From the sequence record SRR9188677_79: a stretch of DNA of 32,329 nucleotides; one strand, given 5' to 3'. Positions 8,878 to 18,037 of this stretch are shown piece after piece. The notes beneath the pieces were generated by a model, which was not told where the DNA came from, searched no databases, and saw only the letters and a list, made by a program, of their open reading frames with translations. The position numbers were made by a program, and so were the translations under genes. Every line of letters starts with the position of its first letter. Position 1 is the stretch's first letter.

Positions 8878-9192
8878 CCTGTTTCTTCAAAAAAGTGATT
8901 TTTCTTTTACAGCTTTGGCCAGGAAATAATATTTAGATAAACAACGAGTTACTTAGCATCTGCTAAACTTAGCCTACTTAACGTCATAATTTTTACGCGT
9001 TCAGCCAAACTCTTCCTGATTTTTTCTGCAATTCATTTTCAATTTAGACATACATTTCCACGCCTGTTTCAGCTAATTAGGCGTGTTCTCACCGTTTCTT
9101 TGTTATGTATATATGGAAATTTGATATTGGCCATGTAGAATGAGTTGCTAAAAAATTGTAGTGATATTTCTTTCGTTGGTTACAAAAAATTA

Positions 9193-9213
9193 TATTGCTA
9201 ATGATTAGCAATA
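9193..9213. promoter_or_regulatory. Perfect 10-bp inverted repeat (TATTGCTAAT-G-ATTAGCAATA), candidate regulator binding site
   Basis: Read directly; about 45 nt upstream of the TPR kinase ORF. Confidence 0.5.
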
Positions 9214-9257
9214 GTATCAAAAAGCTACCTAAAATTGGGGGTTATTGATTCAGATTA

Positions 9258-11195
9258 TTGTCCACCCTGACTCTGAAATATCTTATGTTGTTTTACAAAA
9301 CAAAAATTAGGGTTTTACTGACCATATTAACTTTTGTAGCGTCATCAAACAAAGTCGCTGGACAACAGAAAGTAATTGATTCTTTAAAGGTGGTTTTAGC
9401 TGCCAACCCAAAGCAAAACACACTGAGGGTAGATCGGCTAAATCAATTGGCCTACAAAAATTTTTCATTCAACGTTAAAAATCTCAATGAGTACAGCCGC
9501 GCGGCTTTGCTGTTAGCAAAAAAACTGAACTACAAGAAAGGAGAGGCCGAGTCATACAAGAATCTTGCCCTTTCATATATGCTTATTCACGGCGATGTCA
9601 CTGCTCTTGAATGTCTCAATCAATCGTTAAAACTTTACATTTCTTTAGATGATACGACAAATGTTGCAGGAGTAACCAATTACATCGGCTGCTTTTATGC
9701 GGCAATTAAGGACTATAACCACGCATTACCTTATTTTTTGAAGTCAGAGAAAATTTTAGGTGATCGCAAACACATTCTTCTTTTAACGATTCTCTCCAAC
9801 ACCGGTTCCTGTTATGAAGACTTAAAGCAATATGCCAAAGCAGACAATTATTACAAGAAGGTTGAGGTTCTGGCAGACAGTATCAAGGATTACGACTGGA
9901 TTGTTACCTCATATTACCAGACAGCTTCACTTTTGTTTGTGAAAAAAATGTATAAAAATGCATTGGGCACCTGTCAGGAAGGACTTGCTATTGTTGAAAA
10001 GCAAGACGTGAGTCCGCGCGAAGAGCAGACATTGAATATGCTCGCAGGTGACATTCATTATGCGTTGAAAGAATATTCTGAGGCCCGGGAATATTATGTA
10101 ACAAGCGAAAAGCTTGCTAAGCAAATGAACAGTCGCGAAAAAATGGCAGCTGTTTACCATAAGTATCACCAACTGGATTCCATCGCGGGTGATCATTCGA
10201 GCGCCTTGGCGAACTTTAAGCGATACCAGGTCATCACCGACAGCTTGATCAACCAGAACAAGAATGAAATTGTAGCGCTCTATAAGGTAAAGTTTGCAGT
10301 GGAAGAACAGGCGGACCTAAGCAATTTGTTGTCTCTGGAAAGGAAGTCGGATCAAAAAATGATTTTCTACCAACGCTGGATACTTTTAATCGCCCTTGGC
10401 AGCTTACTAATTATTGGGTTCGCCTTTTTGAGAATGAAAAAACTAAATCATAAGCTGCTCACGCTGAATCACCAGATAGCATCCCAAAACACGCAGTTGG
10501 AAGAATTGAATGGCATAAAGAACAAGATATTTTCGGTGATAGCACACGATCTGCGAAACCCTTTCGCTCAATTTATTACGTTGCTGGATATGGTGGAAAA
10601 TCAGATGATCCAGCCGGATGACCTCGTCGAGGTAATTCCTTCTGTCAACAAAACTACCAGGCAGACGATGGAAATGATGGATAATCTGCTGGTGTGGTCA
10701 AAAAGTCAGATGAATGGATTTCGGGTCAATCATACAGATACAAACCTTGAAGAGTTGGTGGATTACACCTTGGGCAACCTGCAAATTTCTATAAATGACA
10801 AAGAACTGCATATTGAGACCAGTCGCCTGGCGAGTACAACTGCATGGGCAGACAAGGATATGATTTCTATAGTTTTGAGAAACTTGCTGTCCAACGCCAT
10901 AAAATTTACCCCGGCACGGGGAAGTATAGAAATCGAATCATATAGTGAAGAAAAGTCCGTAGGGTTAATTATCCGCGACTCCGGAGTTGGAATGTCAGAC
11001 GACCAGCTGAACAAATTATTTTCTTTTGATATAAGGAGTACCCAGGGAACTGCCAACGAAGTCGGCACAGGCCTCGGGTTGAAAATATGTTACGATTTGT
11101 TGGAATTGAACAGCGGTCAAATAAAGGTAGAAAGTAGCATTGGCGAAGGAAGTTGTTTCTTTATTACCGTTCCCGCGCGGGAACGACTAGCCTAA
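9258..11195 (+). CDS. Tetratricopeptide-repeat sensor histidine kinase (periplasmic TPR, one TM, HisKA, HATPase)
   Basis: TPR-like helices (NYIGCFY...ALPYF, SNTGSCY...ADNYY); TM WILLIALGSLLIIGFAFL; AHDLRNP; NLLSNAIKF; DSGVGM; GTGLGL. Start uncertain (TTG 9258 or ATG 9285). Confidence 0.9.
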   Translation: MSTLTLKYLMLFYKTKIRVLLTILTFVASSNKVAGQQKVIDSLKVVLAANPKQNTLRVDRLNQLAYKNFSFNVKNLNEYSRAALLLAKKLNYKKGEAESYKNLALSYMLIHGDVTALECLNQSLKLYISLDDTTNVAGVTNYIGCFYAAIKDYNHALPYFLKSEKILGDRKHILLLTILSNTGSCYEDLKQYAKADNYYKKVEVLADSIKDYDWIVTSYYQTASLLFVKKMYKNALGTCQEGLAIVEKQDVSPREEQTLNMLAGDIHYALKEYSEAREYYVTSEKLAKQMNSREKMAAVYHKYHQLDSIAGDHSSALANFKRYQVITDSLINQNKNEIVALYKVKFAVEEQADLSNLLSLERKSDQKMIFYQRWILLIALGSLLIIGFAFLRMKKLNHKLLTLNHQIASQNTQLEELNGIKNKIFSVIAHDLRNPFAQFITLLDMVENQMIQPDDLVEVIPSVNKTTRQTMEMMDNLLVWSKSQMNGFRVNHTDTNLEELVDYTLGNLQISINDKELHIETSRLASTTAWADKDMISIVLRNLLSNAIKFTPARGSIEIESYSEEKSVGLIIRDSGVGMSDDQLNKLFSFDIRSTQGTANEVGTGLGLKICYDLLELNSGQIKVESSIGEGSCFFITVPARERLA

Positions 11196-11442
11196 CTCAA
11201 AACGTTTACGCCTGGCAAGGAAAATAAACCAAGCCTCAACTGCACTTATGTTACTAACTTAACTTTTTATTAGTATTAAAAGTAAAATTAGCTACTTGTT
11301 AAATGGCGTAACATATCAAACCAGATGAAAGCTCGAACCTCAAATAATTACGAGCCGCAAAGTTTATGGAAAATCAAATTAAACGAATCCAGATAGGGAC
11401 CGCGTTTATTATTTTTCACCAACCTCTACCCCTGCACCAATC

Positions 11443-12159
11443 ATGACTAAGATTTCCATAATCTATCTGTTGTTGTTGCCCGTTGCCTTATTTGCACAAG
11501 AACCATACATTCACACGATTTGGACCAACGATTCACCCATTGACATTCAAAAAATCTCGATTGGGAATAACGATCTAAAACTTTTTATCGAAAGCTACAT
11601 AAGAGATCAGACAGAAAGAAACAGCCTGTTCGGCCAAAATTATGGCTACATTACTTTGTCAGAGATAGTGTCCGAACAGTCGTCACTTGCACCTTTGAAT
11701 GTTACTGAAAAGCCCGGAGATATCGAAAAATACATGAAAGCAAAGGTGTTGTCATTTGCTATTAGCATTGAATCCCATCCATTTACAGACAGCCGTGAAG
11801 GTGACTGCTGGCTTTGCGAACATTATCCACCCTTTTACACAATAATAGACGGCAGGCCGGTTCTGATATATGATGAGGTCATTCAAAATGTGATCACCAG
11901 AAATGGGTTGACCGTCTATACGAAACAAAGTCGTGATGAGTTGATCAAAATTGTTGACCCCTTCCTTCGAAAATCACTAGACCCGGATTTTGAATTTTGT
12001 GAGCTTAGCGGTATGAGAAGCTTTAAATTATCCGAAGCAAAACGCAGCGCAATGACCAAACACGAAATTTACAAACAAGCGGTTTTCACTTTCAGTCAAT
12101 TTGAAAGATTTTATTTACTGCGAAATGGTGTGGTGGAGAAGAGAACGGAAAATCCTTAG
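11443..12159 (+). CDS. Exported hypothetical protein
   Basis: Signal peptide MTKISIIYLLLLPVALFA|Q; no recognised domain. Confidence 0.7.
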   Translation: MTKISIIYLLLLPVALFAQEPYIHTIWTNDSPIDIQKISIGNNDLKLFIESYIRDQTERNSLFGQNYGYITLSEIVSEQSSLAPLNVTEKPGDIEKYMKAKVLSFAISIESHPFTDSREGDCWLCEHYPPFYTIIDGRPVLIYDEVIQNVITRNGLTVYTKQSRDELIKIVDPFLRKSLDPDFEFCELSGMRSFKLSEAKRSAMTKHEIYKQAVFTFSQFERFYLLRNGVVEKRTENP

Positions 12160-12231
12160 TTGTTACCATTTTGTGGTCTTCTATGCCAACTAACAATTGC
12201 GAGCCCAAAAGATTTACAGTTAGGTGGCTAC

Positions 12232-12266
12232 AAAAAAAACGACCCTCTCACAAAGTGGAAGGGCTG
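12232..12266 (-). terminator. Intrinsic terminator of the candidate sRNA
   Basis: Minus strand CAGCCCTTCCAC-TTT-GTGAGAGGGTCG (imperfect stem) followed by T8. Confidence 0.6.
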
Positions 12267-12330
12267 TCCATTTACTCAACGTTATGAAATTCTTAAAGTG
12301 TGTGTGACGAATTGTAATTTTGGATACTGT
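12232..12330 (-). ncRNA. Candidate ~100-nt small RNA divergent from purL
   Basis: Lies between a -33/-7 promoter and a hairpin-T8 terminator, with no credible ORF in between. Confidence 0.5.
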
Positions 12331-12334
12331 GATG

Positions 12335-12365
12335 CAAAAGTAGCGGCTTTAAAGTTTTTGTCAAC
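12335..12365 (-). promoter_or_regulatory. Bacteroidota housekeeping promoter GTTG-N19-TACTTTTG pointing leftward
   Basis: CAAAAGTA at 12335-12342 and CAAC at 12362-12365 on the + strand. Confidence 0.6.
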
Positions 12366-12558
12366 CAGCCAATTTCCTTAATTAGCCCCGCTAATTTTGG
12401 GGTAGTGAAACATATTAAGTCTAACTACATCTTTGGATCCACACATTTCAGAAAGATTAATGTACGCTCTGACCAGCAAAAGGGATTTGTTGTTGTGTAA
12501 ATTTTGTTCAAATATTATCAATACATGTTTAAACGGCTGATAAAATTTAAATAAAAAT

Positions 12559-12566
12559 TACCTTTG
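12559..12566 (+). promoter_or_regulatory. -7 promoter box of purL
   Basis: TACCTTTG 17 nt upstream of ATG 12584. Confidence 0.7.
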
Positions 12567-12583
12567 CACGATAAACCGATATT

Positions 12584-15500
12584 ATGATTTATTTCTTCAC
12601 CGGCAATGACAATACTGTTTTTGCCGTTCAAATTGAGCGAACACTCACAGGTTCAGATACTTCAAAACTAGAATGGCTGTTTGCAGGCGCTAAACTGAGT
12701 CAGGACCCTAAAATCACCGATTTCTTTGTTGGTCCGCGTGCTGCAATGATAACTCCCTGGAGTACCAATGCCGTCGAAATCACCCAGAATATGGACATTC
12801 AGGGTATTTTCAGGATCGAAGAATTCCAAAAGGTCGAAGCGAATTTCACCGGTTTTGACCCAATGTTATCCCAAAAATACAAAGAGCTCAATCAGGATAT
12901 CTTCACCATCAGTGTAGCGCCGGAATCCATTCAGGAGGTGGACGACGTTGCCGAATACAACAAAAAGGAAGGCCTTTCATTAAGTGTTGAAGAAGTAGAT
13001 TACCTGGACAGGTTGTCAGAAAAGATTGGCCGGAAATTAACTGATTCAGAAGTATTTGGCTTCTCTCAGGTTAATTCCGAACACTGCCGTCACAAGATAT
13101 TTAACGGGACATTCGTAATCGACGGTGAGGAAAAGCCAGTGTCTTTATTTAAGCTGATACGTAAGACATCAGAAACAAACCCGAATGGAATTGTTTCTGC
13201 ATATAAGGACAATGTCGCATTTGTTAAAGGGCCTGTTGTCCAGCAATTTGCACCTAAAAGACCAGACGTTCCTGAGTACTACGAGATAAAAGATTTTGAA
13301 TCCGTAATCTCTTTAAAGGCCGAAACGCACAATTTTCCGACAACAGTTGAGCCTTTCAATGGCGCTGCAACAGGTTCAGGCGGAGAAATCCGCGATCGAC
13401 TGGCAGGCGGCCAGGGTTCTCTGCCATTGGCGGGAACTGCTGTTTACATGACCGCTCTTTCTCGTCTGGAAGAAAATCGTCCGTGGGAAAAAGGCGTTGA
13501 AGAAAGAAAATGGCTTTATCAAACACCAATGGATATCCTGATAAAGGCTTCTAATGGTGCCACAGATTTTGGCAATAAATTCGGGCAGCCATTGATCGTT
13601 GGTTCGCTACTTACTTTCGAACATGAGGAAGACGGCAGAAAGCTTGGTTACGACAAGGTAATCATGCAGGCCGGCGGAATCGGATATGGAAAGGCGGAAC
13701 AAGCACAGAAAGAAAAGCCGGAAGCCGGAGATAAAATTGTAGTTCTGGGTGGAGAAAACTATCGCATTGGAATGGGTGGTGCTGCGGTATCATCGGCAGA
13801 TACAGGTGCTTTTGGCTCTGGAATTGAGCTCAACGCGATACAACGCTCTAATCCTGAGATGCAGAAACGAGTTGCCAACGCCGTTCGCGGAATGGTAGAA
13901 AGTGATAAAAATACGATCATTTCCATCCACGATCATGGCGCTGGCGGACATTTAAACTGCCTTTCGGAACTGGTTGAAGAAACGGGTGGAAAGATCGATC
14001 TTGATAAATTGCCTGTGGGTGATCCTACACTTTCGGCCAAGGAAATAATTGGTAATGAGTCTCAGGAACGAATGGGGCTGGTTATTGACCAGGCAAATCT
14101 GGAAACTTTGAAGAAGATTGCCGAACGCGAACGGGCACCTATGTATGTAGTAGGAGACGTTACGGGCGATCATCGTTTCACGTTTGAATCTGCCAAAACC
14201 GGAGCCAAGCCAATGGACCTGGAAATGGACGATATGTTTGGTAGTTCTCCAAAAGTATTGATGCATGATAAAACGGTTGAAAGAAAATATCAGCCCGTTA
14301 GTTATGACATCGCAAAGCTGAATAATTACCTCGAACAATTGCTGCAATTGGAAGCAGTTGCAAGTAAAGACTGGCTGACTAACAAGGTCGATCGCTGTGT
14401 AGGCGGGCATGTAGCGAAGCAGCAATGTGCAGGGCCTCTTCAATTGCCGCTTAACAATGTCGGTGTAATGTCCCTGGACTTTCAGGGAAAAGATGGCATC
14501 GCGACTTCAATTGGACACGCTCCACTTTCAGCCTTGATTGATCCCGCAGCTGGGAGTCGCAACGCCATAGCGGAATCACTTTCCAACATCGTTTGGGCGC
14601 CGTTAAAAGACAATCTTGCAAGCGTTTCACTTTCAGCCAACTGGATGTGGGCTTGTAAAAATGAAGGTGAGGATGCACGTTTATATAAGGCAGTAGCGGC
14701 TTGCTCTGAGTTTGCGATCAGTTTGGGAATCAATATTCCAACTGGAAAAGATTCGCTCTCGATGAAGCAAAAATATAAGGACACCGAGGTAATAGCTCCG
14801 GGAACCGTGATTATTTCAGCAGCTGGCCATTGTGACGATATCACTGCTGTTGTTGAACCCGTCCTGAAAAAAAATGGCGGTTCGATTTATTACATCAATC
14901 TTTCGGGTGATCAATACAAATTGGGCGGCTCATCGTTTGCTCAGATCCTGAATAAAATTGGTGACGAAACGCCGGATGTACTGGATCCAAATCAGTTTAA
15001 GGCGGCCTTCAATACGATACAGGAATTAATTAAAACTGGAAATATACAGGCAGGACATGATATAGGAAGCGGTGGTTTGATCACGACACTGCTGGAAATG
15101 TGCTTTGCGGATCGTGATTTAGGCGCTTCCATTGACCTTTCTTCTCTTGGAGCGCAGGATATCATTGCAAAGCTATTTTCTGAAAATATTGGCATTGTGT
15201 TTCAGGCAAACGAATCTGCCGAGGCGATCCTCAGCAACAACGGAGTCGCTTTTCATAAGATAGGATCTGTAACATCAACGCCTCAGTTGTCAATCTCAAA
15301 TTCGTCAGAAAGGTGGAATTTTGATATCGATCACCTTCGCGATGTCTGGTTCAAAACTTCCTACTTGCTTGATCAAAGGCAAAGCGGTCCGGTTAAGGCA
15401 AAGGAACGGTTTGATAATTACAAAAACCATGTTCTCAAATACGATTTTCCACCGGGATTTGATGGTAAAAAACCAGTAATCGATTTATCAAAGCCAAGGC

Positions 15501-16261
15501 CAAAAGCAGCGGTACTTCGTGAAAAAGGTAGTAATTCAGAAAGGGAATTAGCGAATGCCATGTATTTGGCAGGTTTCGATGTGAAGGACGTTCATATGAC
15601 CGATTTAATTTCGGGCAGAGAGACACTTGAAGATATTCAGTTTATCGGGGCAGTTGGCGGATTTTCTAATTCAGATGTGTTAGGTTCCGCAAAGGGATGG
15701 GCCGGCGCTTTTCTTTACAATGAAAAGGCAAAAATTGCTTTGGAAAACTTCTTTAAACGTGACGATACCTTGTCTGTGGGGGTTTGCAATGGCTGCCAGC
15801 TCTTCATTGAACTTGGCTTGATAAACGAAGATCACGATGAAAAGCCGAAGATGCTGCATAATGAAAGTCACAAGCACGAAAGCATTTTCACTTCACTGAC
15901 TTTGCAGGAAAACAATTCGGTGATGCTTTCCACATTGGCGGGCAGCACATTGGGTGTGTGGGTTTCCCATGGAGAAGGTCGCTTCCAGCTTCCATACGCA
16001 GAAGATCAGTATAATATTGTTGCCAAATATGGTTACGAGACCTATCCGGCCAGTCCAAATGGATCGGCCTTCAATACAGCCATGCTTTGCGACAATTCAG
16101 GAAGGCACCTTGTCATGATGCCCCACATCGAAAGGTCACTTTTTCAATGGCACTGGGCAAACTATCCAGATGGCAGAAAAGACGAAGTGAGTCCGTGGAT
16201 GGAAGCTTTTGTCAATGCCCGTAAATGGGTTGAGGCAGTAAACGAAAACCTTTTAGGCTAA
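12584..16261 (+). CDS. purL: Phosphoribosylformylglycinamidine synthase (large-type PurL)
   Basis: NSEHCRHKIFN, KAETHNFPT, GAATGSGGEIRD, HDHGAGG, NESQERM, GKDSLSM; glutaminase GVCNGCQ and MMPHIER. Confidence 0.98.
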   Translation: MIYFFTGNDNTVFAVQIERTLTGSDTSKLEWLFAGAKLSQDPKITDFFVGPRAAMITPWSTNAVEITQNMDIQGIFRIEEFQKVEANFTGFDPMLSQKYKELNQDIFTISVAPESIQEVDDVAEYNKKEGLSLSVEEVDYLDRLSEKIGRKLTDSEVFGFSQVNSEHCRHKIFNGTFVIDGEEKPVSLFKLIRKTSETNPNGIVSAYKDNVAFVKGPVVQQFAPKRPDVPEYYEIKDFESVISLKAETHNFPTTVEPFNGAATGSGGEIRDRLAGGQGSLPLAGTAVYMTALSRLEENRPWEKGVEERKWLYQTPMDILIKASNGATDFGNKFGQPLIVGSLLTFEHEEDGRKLGYDKVIMQAGGIGYGKAEQAQKEKPEAGDKIVVLGGENYRIGMGGAAVSSADTGAFGSGIELNAIQRSNPEMQKRVANAVRGMVESDKNTIISIHDHGAGGHLNCLSELVEETGGKIDLDKLPVGDPTLSAKEIIGNESQERMGLVIDQANLETLKKIAERERAPMYVVGDVTGDHRFTFESAKTGAKPMDLEMDDMFGSSPKVLMHDKTVERKYQPVSYDIAKLNNYLEQLLQLEAVASKDWLTNKVDRCVGGHVAKQQCAGPLQLPLNNVGVMSLDFQGKDGIATSIGHAPLSALIDPAAGSRNAIAESLSNIVWAPLKDNLASVSLSANWMWACKNEGEDARLYKAVAACSEFAISLGINIPTGKDSLSMKQKYKDTEVIAPGTVIISAAGHCDDITAVVEPVLKKNGGSIYYINLSGDQYKLGGSSFAQILNKIGDETPDVLDPNQFKAAFNTIQELIKTGNIQAGHDIGSGGLITTLLEMCFADRDLGASIDLSSLGAQDIIAKLFSENIGIVFQANESAEAILSNNGVAFHKIGSVTSTPQLSISNSSERWNFDIDHLRDVWFKTSYLLDQRQSGPVKAKERFDNYKNHVLKYDFPPGFDGKKPVIDLSKPRPKAAVLREKGSNSERELANAMYLAGFDVKDVHMTDLISGRETLEDIQFIGAVGGFSNSDVLGSAKGWAGAFLYNEKAKIALENFFKRDDTLSVGVCNGCQLFIELGLINEDHDEKPKMLHNESHKHESIFTSLTLQENNSVMLSTLAGSTLGVWVSHGEGRFQLPYAEDQYNIVAKYGYETYPASPNGSAFNTAMLCDNSGRHLVMMPHIERSLFQWHWANYPDGRKDEVSPWMEAFVNARKWVEAVNENLLG

Positions 16262-16294
16262 ACGGAAATATAACCGTTTTTGGTAGTTGATAAC

Positions 16295-16343
16295 AAGAGC
16301 AATACAATGGAGCAAAGCTTCAATCGTATTGCTCTTTTTCTTT
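16295..16343 (+). terminator. Intrinsic terminator after purL
   Basis: AAGAGCAATAC ... GTATTGCTCTT stem followed by a T-rich tract. Confidence 0.75.
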
Positions 16344-16413
16344 GGGAAAAGTAAAAAGCATAAATAGCTTTTGCGGTTGGCCTCTCAGATTTTACCTGAA
16401 AACTCTACTTTTC

Positions 16414-16428
16414 AGGCATAATTTTTTA
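16414..16428 (+). promoter_or_regulatory. sigma54-like motif AGGCAT-N5-TTTA
   Basis: Shares GGCATAATTTTT with the site upstream of treZ; 31 nt before ATG 16460. Confidence 0.55.
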
Positions 16429-16459
16429 AAGAGAACATGGAAATCAAATCATTAAGATT

Positions 16460-16855
16460 ATGCCTACTTCAAAAACGAAATCAGAGCCAAAGGCTTCGGC
16501 GTCAACAACTTCGAAGGCTGCATCAGGAAAAACAAAATCGGATAGTGCCGCTGGTAAGAAGAAAAGTACTTCCGGCAGTTCCAAATCTCAGTCAACTACC
16601 AACCACGATGAAATAAAGGCTTGGGTAGAGAAACGGGGTGGGAGTCCGGCGACTGTAAAAGGAACGGAATCAACTGACAACGCGGGATTGTTGAGGATCG
16701 ATTTTCCTGGTTATTCGGGTAAGGATACTCTGGAAGCGATAAGCTGGGAAGATTTTTTTGCTAAATTTGACGAGAGCAATCTTCAATTTTTGTATCAGGA
16801 AAAGACAGCAAAAGGACAGGAAAGCCGCTTCAATAAGTTTGTAGCAAAAGAATAA
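16460..16855 (+). CDS. Conserved small stress-associated hypothetical protein with Ser/Lys-rich N-terminal tail
   Basis: TTNHDEIKAWVEKRGGSPATV...GLLRIDFPG...ISWEDFFAKFDE...SRFNKFV domain recognisable from stress gene clusters; low-complexity first 45 aa. Confidence 0.8.
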   Translation: MPTSKTKSEPKASASTTSKAASGKTKSDSAAGKKKSTSGSSKSQSTTNHDEIKAWVEKRGGSPATVKGTESTDNAGLLRIDFPGYSGKDTLEAISWEDFFAKFDESNLQFLYQEKTAKGQESRFNKFVAKE

Positions 16856-16872
16856 ATTTAGCACACACACAC

Positions 16873-16913
16873 AAAAAAAAGATGCTGATACATTGGGTAC
16901 CAGCATCTTTTTT
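16873..16913. terminator. Bidirectional intrinsic terminator between convergent genes
   Basis: A8-GATGCTG...CAGCATC-T6. Confidence 0.8.
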
Positions 16914-16950
16914 GTGCAATTTTTCGGCTTAACGTATGGGATCGCGGGAT

Positions 16951-17214
16951 TTAAATCACAGGGATTTGAGCCGTTTCTTCCACTGCAGGTGCTGCCACTG
17001 GTTCAGCTGATTTCTTTTCCTCGTCTTTTTTAGCCTTATTGGCCTTTTTAATTTTCTTATCTGCCTTCTTCGCTAATTTCGCTAATTTTTGAGCCAGCTT
17101 ATATGCTGTTTTCTTTACTGCTTTCTTAACAGCCTTTGACTGTTCGCCAGTTTCATTCAGCTTCGACTGAACCACTTCTGCTATACTTGCTGCTAATTGT
17201 TTTTTCGCCTTCAT
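16951..17214 (-). CDS. Lys/Ala-rich basic small protein, histone H1-like composition
   Basis: KAVKKAVKKTAYKLAQKLAKLAKKADKK; upstream TAGCTTTG box. Confidence 0.75.
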   Translation of the reverse strand: MKAKKQLAASIAEVVQSKLNETGEQSKAVKKAVKKTAYKLAQKLAKLAKKADKKIKKANKAKKDEEKKSAEPVAAPAVEETAQIPVI

Positions 17215-17239
17215 AACTTTTTAATTGATAACATAATTT

Positions 17240-17247
17240 CAAAGCTA
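17240..17247 (-). promoter_or_regulatory. -7 promoter box for the Lys/Ala-rich gene
   Basis: Reverse complement TAGCTTTG, 25 nt upstream of the ATG. Confidence 0.6.
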
Positions 17248-17408
17248 CCATTTGATTTGCGAAATGTAATATTATGTTTTTGGATCTGAGCGACGGCCTG
17301 GATTAGCCTGCAAAAACAGTATTGGAATTAATGTAATATCATCGTGAAGTTTACCGATATTTAATAAAATTTTTTCAATAATGTTCATTTAAACTCAATG
17401 GGAATAGC

Positions 17409-17939
17409 ATGAAAAAGACAATGATTTCAAAAGGATTAATTTTGACATTATCAGCCATGTTAATGTCTACGATGGTTTGGGCTCAGGGCGAAAAAGCGAG
17501 CCCTCCGCAAACTGCAACGGGGAAAGTAGGTGGCGCAACGATTACCATCAACTATTCCAGTCCGGCCGTAAAAGGACGCAAGGTGTTTGGAGAACTGGTT
17601 CCGTACGACAAAGTGTGGAGAGCAGGCGCTAATGCAGCGACTATTTTTGAAACAGACAAGGATATCAAAGTTGAAGGCAAGACATTGGCCGCTGGAAAAT
17701 ATAGCTTATACGCCACACCGGGAGAAAAAGAGTGGACTTTTACCTTCAACTCTGAAACCGGCCAATGGGGAATCAAACGTACCGGCGAGACTTCAAAGGA
17801 TCCTTCAAAGGATGTTTTAAGTGTTATGGCGAAGCCGGCAAAAAGCGCTTCTATGAATGAGCGTTTAGTGTATGAAGTGACTTCCAACGGCTTCGTAATT
17901 CGCTGGGACAATACAGAGGTACCGGTCTCTATTAAATGA
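17409..17939 (+). CDS. DUF2911 domain exported protein
   Basis: Signal peptide ending VWA|Q; SP...ITINYSSPAVKGRKVFGELVPYDKVWRAGAN...LAAGKYSLY signature. Confidence 0.9.
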   Translation: MKKTMISKGLILTLSAMLMSTMVWAQGEKASPPQTATGKVGGATITINYSSPAVKGRKVFGELVPYDKVWRAGANAATIFETDKDIKVEGKTLAAGKYSLYATPGEKEWTFTFNSETGQWGIKRTGETSKDPSKDVLSVMAKPAKSASMNERLVYEVTSNGFVIRWDNTEVPVSIK

Positions 17940-17963
17940 CGACTTTAATCAAGTAATGGAAAT

Positions 17964-18005
17964 GAAAAAGGCAGCGATAGGAAATTATTCCCCACTGCCT
18001 TTTTC
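17964..18005. terminator. Bidirectional terminator between DUF2911 and the SDR gene
   Basis: GAAAAAGGCAG ... CTGCCTTTTTC. Confidence 0.75.
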
Positions 18006-18037
18006 GTATCCAGTGATTAGCGATGTTTTGACTAATA

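Noticed and set aside
9059-9085. Hairpin CACGCCT...AGGCGTG in the 380-nt intergenic region
   Set aside because: Short stem, large loop, weak U-tract and no clear promoter to define an RNA
11803-11826. CWLCEH as a heme c motif
   Set aside because: Spacing is CxxCxH, not CxxCH
12160-12381. 73-aa + strand ORF
   Set aside because: TTG start, no recognisable features, and it overlaps a well-formed minus-strand promoter and terminator
12382-12583. Purine or ZTP riboswitch upstream of purL
   Set aside because: The -7 box sits only 17 nt before the ATG, leaving no room for a leader, and no aptamer motif was recognised
16862-16873. (CA)n run resembling the CACACAC in the sRNA candidate
   Set aside because: Low-complexity and too short to imply a relationship
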